From: the human T2T-CHM13v2.0 reference genome, Homo sapiens
Assembly: GCF_009914755.1 (NCBI RefSeq)
Contig: NC_060932.1
Direction: 5' to 3' (one strand)
Length of the DNA: 64,000 bases
Positions 16,326 to 30,082 of this stretch are shown here, piece after piece (positions within the stretch are counted from its first letter, which is position 1; the number at the start of each line of letters is the position of its first letter). The notes beneath the pieces were generated by a model. That model ran no database searches and was not told where the DNA came from. It saw nothing but the letters and a program-made list of their open reading frames with translations. The translations under genes were made by a program, and so were the position numbers.

Positions 16326-17079
16326 GCAGAAGGTCCCAGAGTCGACATTGTCACCACTACCCCATGGTCCCAACACCCCATGGTGGGTAAACAACCAGAA
16401 AAATGTGCTGACAAACACACATTGTGGTGACGATAAAAATAGCTCCTAACTGTGCAATTCAAATTATCCTATTTAGTGAAGCTGAAGGGATCTGCTCATT
16501 TAGGACAGGATTAAGAAGAAAATTAAGGATTGGTCTTCAAGCTAGAAAGAGTGACTCACTTTCTCCCTCGAGCACTAGAAGTCTGATTTTCCAAAGTGAC
16601 AGTACTACCTAAGAAAACTCAACAGTGCCTAAACAGACCCAAAATGTATAGCAGATTAATTGAAAGGGAAACTATAGTAAGTTCCAGGAGGAAACTGTTA
16701 CCTAGAACAATCGGCCGGATCGCTTAGGTCCTCAGAACTTTTTCTGGACCATAAAAGCTAGTTAAAAAGCCTGTCTTCTCCTTTAAAAAGTGTATCTTCT
16801 CCAATAGCCTTTTTAAAAATGTTCAACACCACTCAGACTGAAATCAATGGATTTCAAAGCAGCTCTCTGCCCCTGGTGATATGAAACAAAAATGAAACTT
16901 GTGACTTTAAAAATGGTTTCAAAGAAATGTGCTAGACAATACTCAGGCTTGTTGGCATTTCTTTATTTTGCGAAGGGGTCTTCTCTCTAGCAATGAATTC
17001 ATCTTCCAAAAGCTCCCGTAACATGTTGATGTTACAAACACTTGTGGAGACAGCGTATCTTGGGGTGAAGGAGGGTTAA

Positions 17080-17270
17080 TGCTCTTCCCGACTGTAATCA
17101 ATGGGAGCAGCATGATTTACAGAATCTCCCCTGGCTGTCAGGCAGCCCGCGTTATCAGCGTGCTCATCTTGGCCTCGGCAGGGCTGACGCGTGGTGGAGA
17201 CGCCGGAGCCCTCGTTACACTAGTTTTACCTGGCAGGCAGTGCTAGGTCTGCGCAAAGATAAAATGAAAA
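17080..17270. promoter_or_regulatory. Candidate enhancer (CpG-retaining unique patch)
   Basis: About 11 CpGs in 170 bp, with TGATTTAC 17113-17120, CTGTCA 17135-17140 and TTATCA 17152-17157. Function is inferred only. Confidence 0.45.
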
Positions 17271-19610
17271 GTCCCTGGGCAACCTCAGGCTATCTGTCTC
17301 TGCTGCACATGCTGCTGGCTATGACTTTGTAGTTTATGTAAAAATAGTTGTTTTCTGAAATGAAATGAAAGCAAGACGAAGGGGAATAAGCAGAGGCTGC
17401 AACTGAGAAAGAACTTAAAACACAGAGGTCTAAGTCTACAAGAATTCTAATGGGCGAGCTGCTTAGTGGTTAACTGACAGGCACCAGGCAGCCACGTGAT
17501 CTTCCCCCCTTATGTCTTGGTCAGTCAAGGCACACAAATGCTTGCTGCACGTAGAAATGCATCAATGATTTCAAAAATGGAAATAATAATGTACAGATTT
17601 ATTTTTTTTTCCTTATATAGGCACAGGATGTCTGCTTCCTCCTATCCAGATATTTCCAAATGAACTTTTCTTTTAAAACCACATGCACGTTTTAGGTGCC
17701 CAACATTATTTTTTGCTTTGGGCAGCCCAACTCCTTCTTTCTTCTGTATGGATTCATGGTCAGCTATACTCTGTCAACTTCTGAACTTACGTTAAAAATC
17801 TTTGGCACTAATTAGCCTTCTATAGAGAACAGCAGTAGTCTCCTCTCACGAAAAAAAATACACCATATCTTAATCAATCGTGCTTATGTAAGTTACAAAA
17901 TCTTTCTGCTAAGGAAAAATTGCATTTTTAGAATTAAGCATTGCCTAACTTTTTTTTGAAGCCAACTGTACAGAACTCTTGTCACTTAAACATTTTTCAC
18001 ATCAATTCTCTTCTTTACTTACAAATTAAAGTTTGAAGATGGAGATAAAAAAGGGGAAGAAATGATTTTTCTCTGTTGCTGTTCATTTGCTAACACTGTT
18101 GCATATTTAAGGTATTTTCATTTTGTGAAATCCCAGCACTGGAGGTTAGGATGAGCTCTCCCTGGATACCCAAGTAAAGAAAAAAGTCAGAGAACAGAGG
18201 GAGTGAGAGAACGTGGGACCCATGTCCAGTAATGGCTCAGTCACTGGGCTCAGGGAAGGCCCAATATCTCTTTCTATCGGTGGCTTGAGAATTGGCTTGC
18301 CACCAAGACAGAGAACAGGAACTAAGCTGACAGATTGGAACCTGAACTGGGAAGAGTAACCGTCCTGTTCTGGGGATGGACAGAACAGTGAAGGGTTTCC
18401 TAGCAATGAGGACTCCAGAATCTCTACATAAGAGAGGTCTAAAGTCATTGTCTTCAAGCTACACTTTCATAGCAAATATACTGTTTTAATTAAGATTAGA
18501 TTTAAGGTTAGATTTTATTTGGAAAGATGGGGGTGTATGGCCAAGGGATATTTATGGCTGGACCCTTTTCAAGAGGCTCACTGACATTGATGGATATTAA
18601 TAAAGTTGATGCTATAAAGTTTCACCAGGAATGGCAGAAGGATGAACCTGTCAAGTAAGCACAGGCCGTTCCAAAGCCTAGTCTAGGAATCATTGCGCCA
18701 GACTGGGAAAAGTCTTTCTCATCTACATGGTACAGGAACTGCAGAGATTTCTATGGAAAAATAATGAACACATTTAAGAAAAGTTGAAATCAGAGTTTTC
18801 TTCTAAGAGAAAATGAAAACAGTAATAACACCCAGAGGTAAGACCTGATGGAGCTCTAGGATGAAATAACATTTCACTTCTACCATGCCTTTCAACTTTC
18901 CAGTCTCTGAATGAGATCAAGGGCAGGGAGGGAGGGAAAACCTGACTATTCCTTTAAAATTAAGATGACAGACCTTTACTCTTGAGTCATTAGTTTTATC
19001 CTTTTATATGGATTGCATTCTCAGTTTACTGTAGAGGTTCTGGCAATTCCATCATCTTCCTAAGGGGACCTAAGGGGAAAAGGCATCTTGCCATACCTTG
19101 TTCAGAATACAGAGAAAAGCATTCCCCGAATGGCTGGGTGGCCAGTTGCCATGGCAGCATAAAGACGTTGTGAATTGGTCTACCTGTGGGAAAAATTTCC
19201 AAAAATAGAACACAGTCTATTTTCACCTAGATCCACGACATATTCTTGCCAGTATTCATCAAGAGTTTCTAGAGACCTGAGCCAGGTCTAAAACAGCCAG
19301 AAAGTGCAAGAGTGGACAACTGGAAATAGCCTTCTTTCTTTGCCAGTCGTTCCGTGAAGACTCATATGAAATGATTGTTTGTCAGTAATGTATTGACTTT
19401 AGTCTAGAAAAGTCTGCATGGAGTGGTGTAGCAATGACAGAGAGGAGACGGACTCAGAGAAATGATCACTGAGTGTTGTGAAGAGGAAAATATAGATGAA
19501 TCCATTCAAACTTGCATAATGAGAATGACTAGAACACACACGTATTTCCATTAAGGAAAAAAAATCAGTAAGGTCATATATCCCTATTTAGTTTATAGCT
19601 TTCAAAATGC

Positions 19611-19613
<3 letters not shown>

Positions 19614-19654
<41 letters not shown>

Positions 19655-19669
19655 CGCATGTGTGTGTAT
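19614..19669. repeat. (GT)16-(GC)6-AT-(GT)4 alternating purine-pyrimidine tract
   Basis: Read directly: 56 bp of uninterrupted alternation followed by poly-T. Confidence 0.95.
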
Positions 19670-22600
19670 TTTTTTTTTTTAAAGAAAGGACTAAATCTCT
19701 TTAGACCTGTCGGAAACTCCAAGTCCATGAGGTAGAAAGTTCTACTGTCCAGAATGCTAAATTTCTGTCCTGAATGACTGGTAATTTCCTAATGATACCC
19801 AATGGCAGAAGTTCTATGACAGAATTGTGTTATAAAGATAACAGGATACATATAAAGTAATGCCATAAAATTTTAAATATATATTAAATCAAACAGAACG
19901 TCTAAAATATTTTCCTACTCTTTCAGAGATGGCCTGAAACTTGGTTGTTTCAAAGAAAGCTGTTGGCCCATCTCCCCACTTCACCTGACTCCCATTCCCA
20001 CACAGGCAACCCAACACATTCAAGGTCATGTCGGAACAGCTAACCTGACAGGGTGGGATGCGGCCTACTGCTCTGAAGACTCGAAATGCTGACGGCACCC
20101 TATTAGCTTTCTGTTCACTTCAGTCAACTTCCTTCTCATGGTCTATCCTCTTCCATATCGTGATGCCTTCCTTCCATGTATCATCCATCTTACATCATTG
20201 TGTATATCACACTAAGTGTCAATAAAGTGTTCACGCAGCAGTCTGCCCTATTAGACTATGAGCTCATCAGTGTCAATGAACATGTCCTTATTTCTGTATA
20301 TGTAATAAGCAAAGCTTATTTAAAATTTTTACTTTTCATCACCAATATCACCACCACCAATATCTTCTGCCACTAACTTTATTTAAATCTCACTTGAGGA
20401 ATAATTGCTATAATGGAGATAAAGGTCTTGGAGTATAGCATTTATTACAAATCCCAATTTAGCCCCTAATGTGATTTGGTTTTTTTGTTTTGTATTTCAT
20501 AAGCTAAATACCAACAAGTAGCTCCTTTACTTCCCAAAGATGAAACTTCTATTTCAGTTTCCCAAAGACAAAACCGTTTTCTGAATTTCTGCTTAGGAAT
20601 CCCAAATTTCTTTTGATTTTATTCTTAAGAGAGCAAACTGCAAACACTCAATGAACTACAATGCCCTAAAAAGCAGAACAGAGATTGCAAAATGACAGTC
20701 ATCTTATTTCATTTTCATGTCACCATGAATGTTACTTATTATTTATATCAAATTGAGCTAATGCATGGAGCACACAGGCACTGTTTATCAAGATCTCTCT
20801 ACCCCTCTGGATAACACAGACAACTGAAAAAGCATGATTTGAACAATAAAGTGAGAAATACACACAAAAGTGATTACCTCCAAAATGGAAAAATAAATGT
20901 GTTTATTTTGTGTTATAAAAATATGAATTGGGGGAGAGAAATCAGATCCATCCCTTCATATGCTGGTCGTCTTTTCCATCATGAAAAATATACTTTAGCA
21001 TTTTGTACCTCAGTGACTGATGTACTTGCTTGAATGAATCCTTACCAACAGGTAAAATATCATTTCGATTACTTTGTGCCATTTCAAAACTGAGGTGACT
21101 CACTCAGTAATGAGATAGAGTAAAAAGCAGTTGTTTTTAGTGGGTTTTTCCTGGGGCTGGGAATCATTTTAATTTACTTGTCCCAGATGCCACATTTCAT
21201 CTAGTTGGTATTCCCTCCGTTTCCAGGCCTGCTCTCCCCTTACTCAATAAATATGGAAATCTATTCTTCGTCCAGTTTGAACATTGTAATTTTTATAGCA
21301 GTTTTACTCTTTCTGACAAGCATATTTCCACTCTCTTTTTAGTCCTGGAGAATGTGAAGAAACACACTCTTCCCTGAAAATGCTTTGCATGTATGAAACA
21401 TATTTCAGAGTTCAAACTTTCTATACATGTATTGTTTAATTAGTCTCCACAAGGAAGACTTCACAATGTTTTCCCCACACTAGGAAGCAAAGCAGAGACT
21501 GAGATCATGAAGTGACTAGGGCAGACATGGCTGGGTCCAGATACAATTTCTAAGTCCAATTTTAAGGGTCTTCTCTTCCTAAAGTCTCATTTCAGAGAAG
21601 CATCAAACCCCTATCTCAGAATCATCAAGGTTCCAATCCTGCACACAGATTAGATTACAATCAATTGCCTTTCTTTTAAGTCCTTTCTGGAAAAAGGCTG
21701 GTTCTAATGAGGCAAGCAAATAAGTAACCAAGTAATTTAATAATGAATGAAAAAATAAATGAGGCCAATGCCCCTTTCCTATAACTTTATCTTTTTCTTT
21801 GTGTCCCTTAATGAGGCAATACCTTTTCCTGTACCTTTATGTTGTTTTGATAGTTTTGGTACTTTTTGTACTAAATTATATCAGTGAGCCCTACTTAGAG
21901 AAAAATATGCTATGAAAAATATTTATAGACAAATACTTTTTATCGGCAATTTCTAGCCACATTTATGCCCATTAGAAAACTATTCTTCATTTAATTAAAA
22001 CAGCAACAATGCAATAGTCACACCAGTTTCCTTTGAAAAGACCATGATCCTTGAGTTTCCATCGATGATGTCACTGGGTTTTCTGGAATTAGCTAGGGGT
22101 GTAGCCAGTTATGCAATGATTGCCAAGACAGTCCCCATTTCAGCCTCCTCTATTGGAGACCTTCCTCTAGAGGTTTGTTTCAGACTCGCATAGCTGTTGT
22201 GGTTGATTTCCTACCTAAGTAGTTTTAGAAATGCACCACTATATGACACTCACATGTTCAAACTAGTAACCAGAACCAGACTCACTAACCTCTCTGATAG
22301 CACACTCTGAAAGAGATCTTACAAAAAATACCAAGGTAAGGCTATCTCCAACACAAAACACACCTAAGGGAGACACTGCCTTTTCCTCCAAATACTCTCA
22401 GGTAGACATCAGAAAGCTGTAGCAGTCTATGAGGAAAGGTGAGTATTCACAAATAGATTTGATGACAACTAGAACAGGTGGGGGCTTACTGTGAAAGTTA
22501 TCGTGAAGATGTGAGCAATTTAGCAGAAATAAGCAAGAGGAAAGCAAGACTGGAGACCAGTGGATGAAGACTTAGGCCAGTAGTTGAGTTGAACAAACTT

Positions 22601-22955
22601 TGAAACTATTTACGTGCACTTGCGTCTAGGAACTGCACATTTTGGTTCTGTGGCCCTATGACTTTGACGAGTCTTTGGCTTCTGAAACCTTTTCCTAGGC
22701 CTCAAGGCTTCAGAGCCATAGATTCCCACCCTGTGCAAGTGGAACAACTATATTCATCAGCCTGCCAAGTGCGCCTGGGTGGTCAGTGTCACTAAGTTAG
22801 TTATTCCTTTGTCCCATTCATGTATTGTGTTTGCAGATCACTATTTGACAAAATCTTGCTGGGCATGGGGCATATCTTAAATAAAGGTTCAGAGTCACAG
22901 CCAATGGATAATGAAACCAATATTCTCTTAATAACTTACTTTTGCCTCTCCATAA

Positions 22956-23278
<323 letters not shown>

Positions 23279-23418
23279 TGGAAACTGCTTTTTTAACCCA
23301 TTAATAATTACATAAATGCTCAGACTTGCATATCAGATGTAATATTTTTCTCATGTTAATGTCAGATAATCAGTGGTGAGTATATGCATATTTAATATGA
23401 GAAAGAAGATTAGCCTTA

Positions 23419-23930
<512 letters not shown>

Positions 23931-26900
23931 GTATGGTAAGATTTGGAAAATGTTTTCTTAATCAGGAGCAGCCTAGAAGGTATATCTGGTCCACAAACAA
24001 TTAGAAACAAAAGATAAATATTCACTGCCTACAAAGATTCTGCTAACTGAATAATTGATTCAGATAGTCTTCCTATTTTGAGTATGAAAGTCCAAAGGGT
24101 GAACTTAATCTCAAACAATAGGATAGGTATGAGTGCAAAACATTGAGTTTCCTAAACTCTCTGAATTTTTCCAAGAGAACACACTCCAAAATCACCAGTT
24201 ACTAATTCATTTTATTAATTCAGTTCAATCTGTTACTTCCTAGAACTACCAAATGCTTTCTTTGGCATCATGTTTATAACCAAAATGTTTACTTTAAAAT
24301 TAAAACATTTGTTTTAGTGAAAAGAGTTTCCAAAAGTAACTGAAAGTCCCAATAACTGGAAAGAAACTAAATGCAAATTGTTTTTTGGTTATAGTTTTTC
24401 GCACTTCTTCTTAGTAGCCAGACTAGTGCAAAGGAAGAAACAAAATATTTGTGCTTTTGAGATTATAGATATGATTGAGAAATAATTGACTTAAAGACAA
24501 TACAAATGGCCAGTTCATTAAAAAGGAACCTGATGAAAGAAATACAAAAACAAATGAAAGCTGAAATCTGTGATCTTTAGAATTTCAGTAAACAATTTCA
24601 GGAAAAAAAACCCAATAAATTAAAGCACTATGACCTGAAAAAGGAGTTTAAATCCCTGCATGGTATAGTAAGTCAAAGGAGAAAAAAAAAAGAAACTAAG
24701 AAGTCAACAAAGTTTCTGAAAACTAAATACAAGGGTTGAAAGGGTTGTCAAGACTATTGTAGAAATACTGTAGGCCCTGAAACGAGGTGGGAGGTGTGGA
24801 ACTGCTGGGGTCAGTGACTACTGAGGGCATATTTTGATATGAAATATGAAATATGAATTAAATGCATAGAGGTTTGATCACTTTGAGGTAGGATGCTGGT
24901 ACAGAAGACAGATCCTTTCATGAGTTGCTATAGCAGAACTCTATGTGTGACAAAGACAGGCAGAGCAAACCACTGGACGGAGTGGCACGGCGATCTCTAT
25001 TTTTTAGGAAGAGGTATGGGGAGCTATCAAGTCAGATTCACAATGAGACTCTGGGGAATTTCTAGAGAAAATTAGGTTTATTAACTTGAATGAGTTTCTA
25101 TCACATCATGAGTGGAAGAAGAGATAGCTAAGGTATTTTGTATGATCCACATAGGAATTTACATAGTAGACACAAGAGGGGCTGGTTTTGGTTTTTAAAT
25201 TCAGATCTAAAACTTTAAATAATATAAAATTATTTTTCACTGGAATTCTGCAAGCACAGAAATCAAGACGGGAGGACCAAGATAAATTAGGACACTGGAT
25301 ATTTAGTCAAAATGCTAGTAGTAATATGCATTATTTTAAAAAATATAATCAGGTACCCTTTTAAAATACATCATGTCTTTTTAGGGGTAGAATTTGATCT
25401 AAAGAAATCTACTATGTACAGGGTAAAAGAGGAGGAAATCCTTTGGAGGAAACAAAAAGAATAGATGTGTATATTCAGTTCTTACAGATAATAGCTGAAG
25501 GGGTTATAAAATAAAGCTTAATCAAATTGATTGGCAGCAAGGGAGAAGTGATATTGAAGAGAAAGTGATAAGAAAGGAAAATTGTGGCTATGGTTATACA
25601 CTCTAAAAATAATAATTATAGTGAAGACACTATGGGAATACCCAGTATATATAAAAGAGGTGCTAGAGGCTAGATGAATATTATTTAAAGTTCATTGGGA
25701 AAAAAATGAGCTGGATGCTATAGAAAAATGCAATTAGTTATTGTCCTAGCTGACAGATTTATAACTGACCCCCAAATTTTCATTATACTCATCTTTGAAA
25801 TCAACTGAATAGTATAATTGTCTTGTTTATTCAGGCTCAGTTTGGCTTGAAAATCTTTTAATTTCACTACCAGTATGTATAATTAACTTGACTCAAATCA
25901 TTTAGTATTATTGTTACTCAGTAGGTAACTTGCTCCAGGTCAGTGCTGCCATGAATCTTTTAGTATAGCCATAAAGAAAAATTGAGAATTGAAAACTTCT
26001 GTAATGTTTGCTATTTGTACAGCAATACTATATCAGTGATCAAAAATATACACGCATACACATTAAAGAGATCAAACCCACTGCAAATGAATCTTCTGTC
26101 ACATATCATGACTCTCATAATAAAAATCCAGGACATTAAAGAAAATAAATAAACAGTTCAAGAATTAAATTTAAGCCAGGCAATTCAGTTATGAAATTTA
26201 AAGGTGCTTTCTTATCTCAATTGTATCTCTGATTTACTATCTTCCCACTATTTATCTAGTGTCTCCAACTAGAAATAATATGGACTCATAAAAGAATTAT
26301 GATAGCAAGCTTAGAACAATTGGTAATTATAGTAGTCTTTGCACAGTAGAAATCTCTGTAATAGTCTCTCAAGCAGAAGTAAGTCTGCTAAATACCTACA
26401 AGAACTAAGATTACTCTTTGTCTCCATTTACTCCCTGCCAATGTGGCAGGAAGAACTTTTCTCAGGTTAGCTGGGTTTAGATGGATAATCAAGGTTATGG
26501 TTTTTCAGATATAGATTATGATGCTGATACATCAAAGAGGTGACAATAGCCACCTCACAATTGTCATCTGTCCTCTTCTAATTTTCTCCCAATAATTTTG
26601 CTGACTTACATGGCGTTAAGTATTTGTGGTTCAATCTCCCTTACTTCCTACTAACACATACCTCCCACTCACACCCTAAAAAATTCACTCAGAAGCAGGC
26701 AAATATCTCATGATGGGAAAAGTGATTCTAGCAACTCACAGCAATCAGTCATCAGTTTTGAGGGGATGTGAACTGAGAAGACTGAGGATAATTGAGTACA
26801 TGGTATTTTGTGTCTTACTCAGTTATGTAAGCACACAGGGATGCTCACAAGTTGCAACTGTGAGTTTCAAAAACCATCCTGAGCTTGAAGATAAAGAAGA

Positions 26901-27243
26901 TAAGGACCTCTAGAATTAAGAATGCATTCGTGGAACAAAATGCAAAAAGATTTTAAAAATACTATTATTTTGGGTAACTTTGGTCTGCTCTTGTTGAAAT
27001 TTTTATCATATTCAAGAAGTAAGAAATAACTATAAGGTCAATCAGATGACAAAATGATAGTTGCACTGTAAGTTGCAAAACAAAGAAAAAAACAAATCAA
27101 AAGAGACCAGAAAAAATAAGTAATAAAATAGTCATAGGAGAAATGTCTTATAAATAACTGGGCTGTGACATCTTTCCCTTTATCAGTAAAAGTATCTCTC
27201 TATTGTCAAGGAGACAACGGCACAATTTAAAATACAGAAGTAC

Positions 27244-27546
27244 TTTTTTTTTTTTTTTTTTTTTTGAGACGGAGTTTCACTCTTGTTGCCCAGGCTGGGG
27301 TGCAACGGCACAATGTCGACTCACTGCAACCTCCGCCTCCCAAATTCAAGTAATTATCCTGCTGTCAGCCTCCCCAGTAGCTGGGATTACAGGCGCCTGC
27401 CACCATGCTGGCTAATTTTGTAGTTTTAGTAGAGACGGGGTTTCACCATGTTGGTAAGGCTGGTTTTAAACTCCTGACCTAGGGTGATCTGCCCACCTCG
27501 GCCTCCCAAAGTGCTGGGATTACAGGTGTGAGCCACCACGGCTGGC
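27244..27546 (-). mobile_element. AluSp/Sq-like
   Basis: gagtttcactcttgttgcccagg is the Sq/Sp diagnostic. Poly-T tail, with a degenerate TSD AGAAGTACTTTT / GGAAATACTTTT. Confidence 0.92.
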
Positions 27547-27584
27547 AGGAAATACTTTTCTTTAAAAAAAAAATGCAGACATAG

Positions 27585-27905
27585 GGCCGGGCACAGTGGC
27601 TCACGCCTGTAATCCCAGCACTTTGGGAGGCCGAGGAGGGCAGATCACGAGGTCAGGAGATGGAGACCATCCTGGCTAACACGGTGAAACCCCGTCTCTA
27701 CTAAAAATACAAAAAATTAGCGGAGCATGGTGGCAGGCGCCTGTAGTCCCTGCTCCTCGGGAGGCTGAGGCAGGAGAATGGCGTGAACCCGGGAGGCGGA
27801 GCTTGCAGTGAGCGAGATCGCGCCACTGCACTCCAGCCTGGGCAACACAGCAAGACTCCGTCTCAAAACAACAACAACAACAAAAAAAAAAACAAACAAA
27901 AAAAA
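27585..27905 (+). mobile_element. AluY
   Basis: GACCATCCTGGCTAACACGGTGAAACCCC and GGCGTGAACCCGGGAGGCGGAGCTTGCAG, with an (AAC)n/A tail. Confidence 0.95.
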
Positions 27906-28509
27906 TCAGGCATATAAAATGAACAACATTGTAAAAGACCTTCTAACCATTTAGCATGTATATGTCACTAGGTAAAAAATAGTTATAATGATTTTTCTTA
28001 TATTTTATAAGTAAAAGGCATAAATGGTCAATAAGACAAATATCATGAAATAATATTTCTGATAGGGAATAAATTAGTCATTAACGTTAAAGCAGTTTAG
28101 TTACAGAATGAATGCACTACAGTTCAAGTCAACTAGAGCCATTTCTTGATGTTCTTAAATTGTTGGAAATGGTGCCTCAGGTGAAACACAAGGGGTATAT
28201 AGATGCTTATAAATGCTGGTGAAGGGAATTCCATTTCTTTACATTGAAGCCTGTGTTATATTGAAACCTGTGTTTCAATATGTTTTTATATTTTTAACTT
28301 GAGGCCTCTGAGCCAATTTCATTTTGATAAAACTGACCTTTGGTTTCATCTTCTTCTAAAAGTAAAAAGCTTTGTTGATTCATTTTAAATAGACAAAAGT
28401 CAGACCAAACTTCAAACTATTTTTACACATTGACCCTTTTTCATGAAACTTGTTATACTGTTAGTTACTGGGTAATAAAAAGTATTTCAATATTTTTTAA
28501 GCAGAACAA

Positions 28510-28870
28510 CTTGCGCGGTATTATTTTCAATGCCTTTTTTCTATTTAGTTACTTATGTATGAGTTATATTCATTGAAATGTTTTCTTTTTTCAGGTGCGA
28601 TTCAAGAAAATATTGTGTTACTATGACTTGTCAGCTGTTACAGTTTATTACACGCTGCATCCTCCATTCTCACCTGATCCTGGCCTATTCCCAGAGATCT
28701 ATTAGCGATGGGATTTTAACGAGTGACATAAGGAAGAGGGCGCTACAGTTTTTATGGAAGTTCAGGATTCACGAGGATTGTGGAAAAGTACAACACAAGA
28801 CTTTTTTTCAACAGTGAAAGACGGGGGGAAAAGGAATGAATAAAATGTTCGGATTTTCGGATGTTAAATG
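28510..28870. promoter_or_regulatory. Candidate conserved element or cryptic terminal exon
   Basis: About 11 CpGs in 350 bp of AT-rich unique DNA, with HOX/CDX-like TTTATTAC and TTTATGG, TGTCAGCTG, and a strong 3' splice site at 28594. Confidence 0.4.
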
Positions 28871-29854
28871 ATTGAAACAGTTTCTATTTAAATGCAAATT
28901 TGACTTTTTAAAAGATGGGACTACCAGTAACTGCACCCTAAATGGTAAAATGAAAATCAATTTGAAATATGGGATGAATAAAGTATATGTGGACTTTCTG
29001 GGAATCATTTTTTATTATGAAAACCTTGATGTATTTTCCTTTGCTCAATCCATCTTAGACTTTGGACAGCTATGTCTGGGATGAAATGCAAACATTTTTT
29101 AATTTGTTTAAGCACAAACATGGTCAGCTCGCTAGAAGCTTCCCTATTTGTTCCAGTCAGATTTCACAAAATAATGATCAACAGTATGAAGTATGTAAAA
29201 TACAAGACCAAAAAGTAAGAGTTTAACTGCAGCATTATAATGACCAATATTCACTATGTGTTTTTTATGATGTTGGGGAAATCACTTTTAAGAAATGGAA
29301 ATCACTACATTCTATTGATTCAAGAGCAGAATCTTCAGACATAAGTCAGCAGAGTTGACACTTTCAAATACATGAAATGTGACATCTGCTCTTACAAATG
29401 CACTATACAGCCTGTAAATCATCAAAGAGAAAAACAGTTCAATGTCATTTCAGCCACTGTAAGCTATGGTTTATACAGCTGAGAGATAAAAATAGTCATA
29501 CGGTCTCTGTGACATCTAAACCACTTTTCTATTGCAGTATTCCATGTTCTAATTTATCTTTGTGGTTGAACAACACACAATCAATTGTAAGCAACTAGTG
29601 TAGTTTGACTCCAGTCAGTAGCAATTTTCTATAGCTTTATCTTTTCCCCTACTGAAGTGACTTTTAGTAATAGCCACAACACACTATCTCAATTTTTGTG
29701 GTTGGTTAGCTTTTAGCCATCATTCTAAGGGCTAACATATGCACTAATCCATACACAAAATTTACATTTAGTAAAGTACACATTAGTGATTGCATGCATT
29801 ATAATAATTAGGGATCTATATTCTATGGAAAAAAGGTTTTATTCGATTTAAATT

Positions 29855-30082
29855 AAGACTAGTAAGAACATAGCCTTTGTGTAGGATTCCAGCTTCCACC
29901 ACTTATTAACTATAAAAATTCCAGCCAATTATTTAACCTCTGAGATTCAGGTAACATATCTGAAAAATGGATGAAAAATCAATCACACAGGGGCAGCTGT
30001 AAAGACTAAATGAGACAACGTAACTACCTAATACAGTGCTTAGACATCTACACTAAACAACATAGTAAATAGTAACTATTAT
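29855..30082 (+). mobile_element. MIR
   Basis: cagcttccaccactta...ttatttaacctctgagattcag...tctgaaaaatgg...taaatgagacaac. Confidence 0.8.

Noticed and set aside
17791-17819. Minus-strand mini-exon before AAC|GTAAGT
   Set aside because: Stops in all three frames and a weak acceptor.
24430-25720. A-rich stretch possibly from an ancient LINE
   Set aside because: Too degraded to assign by eye.
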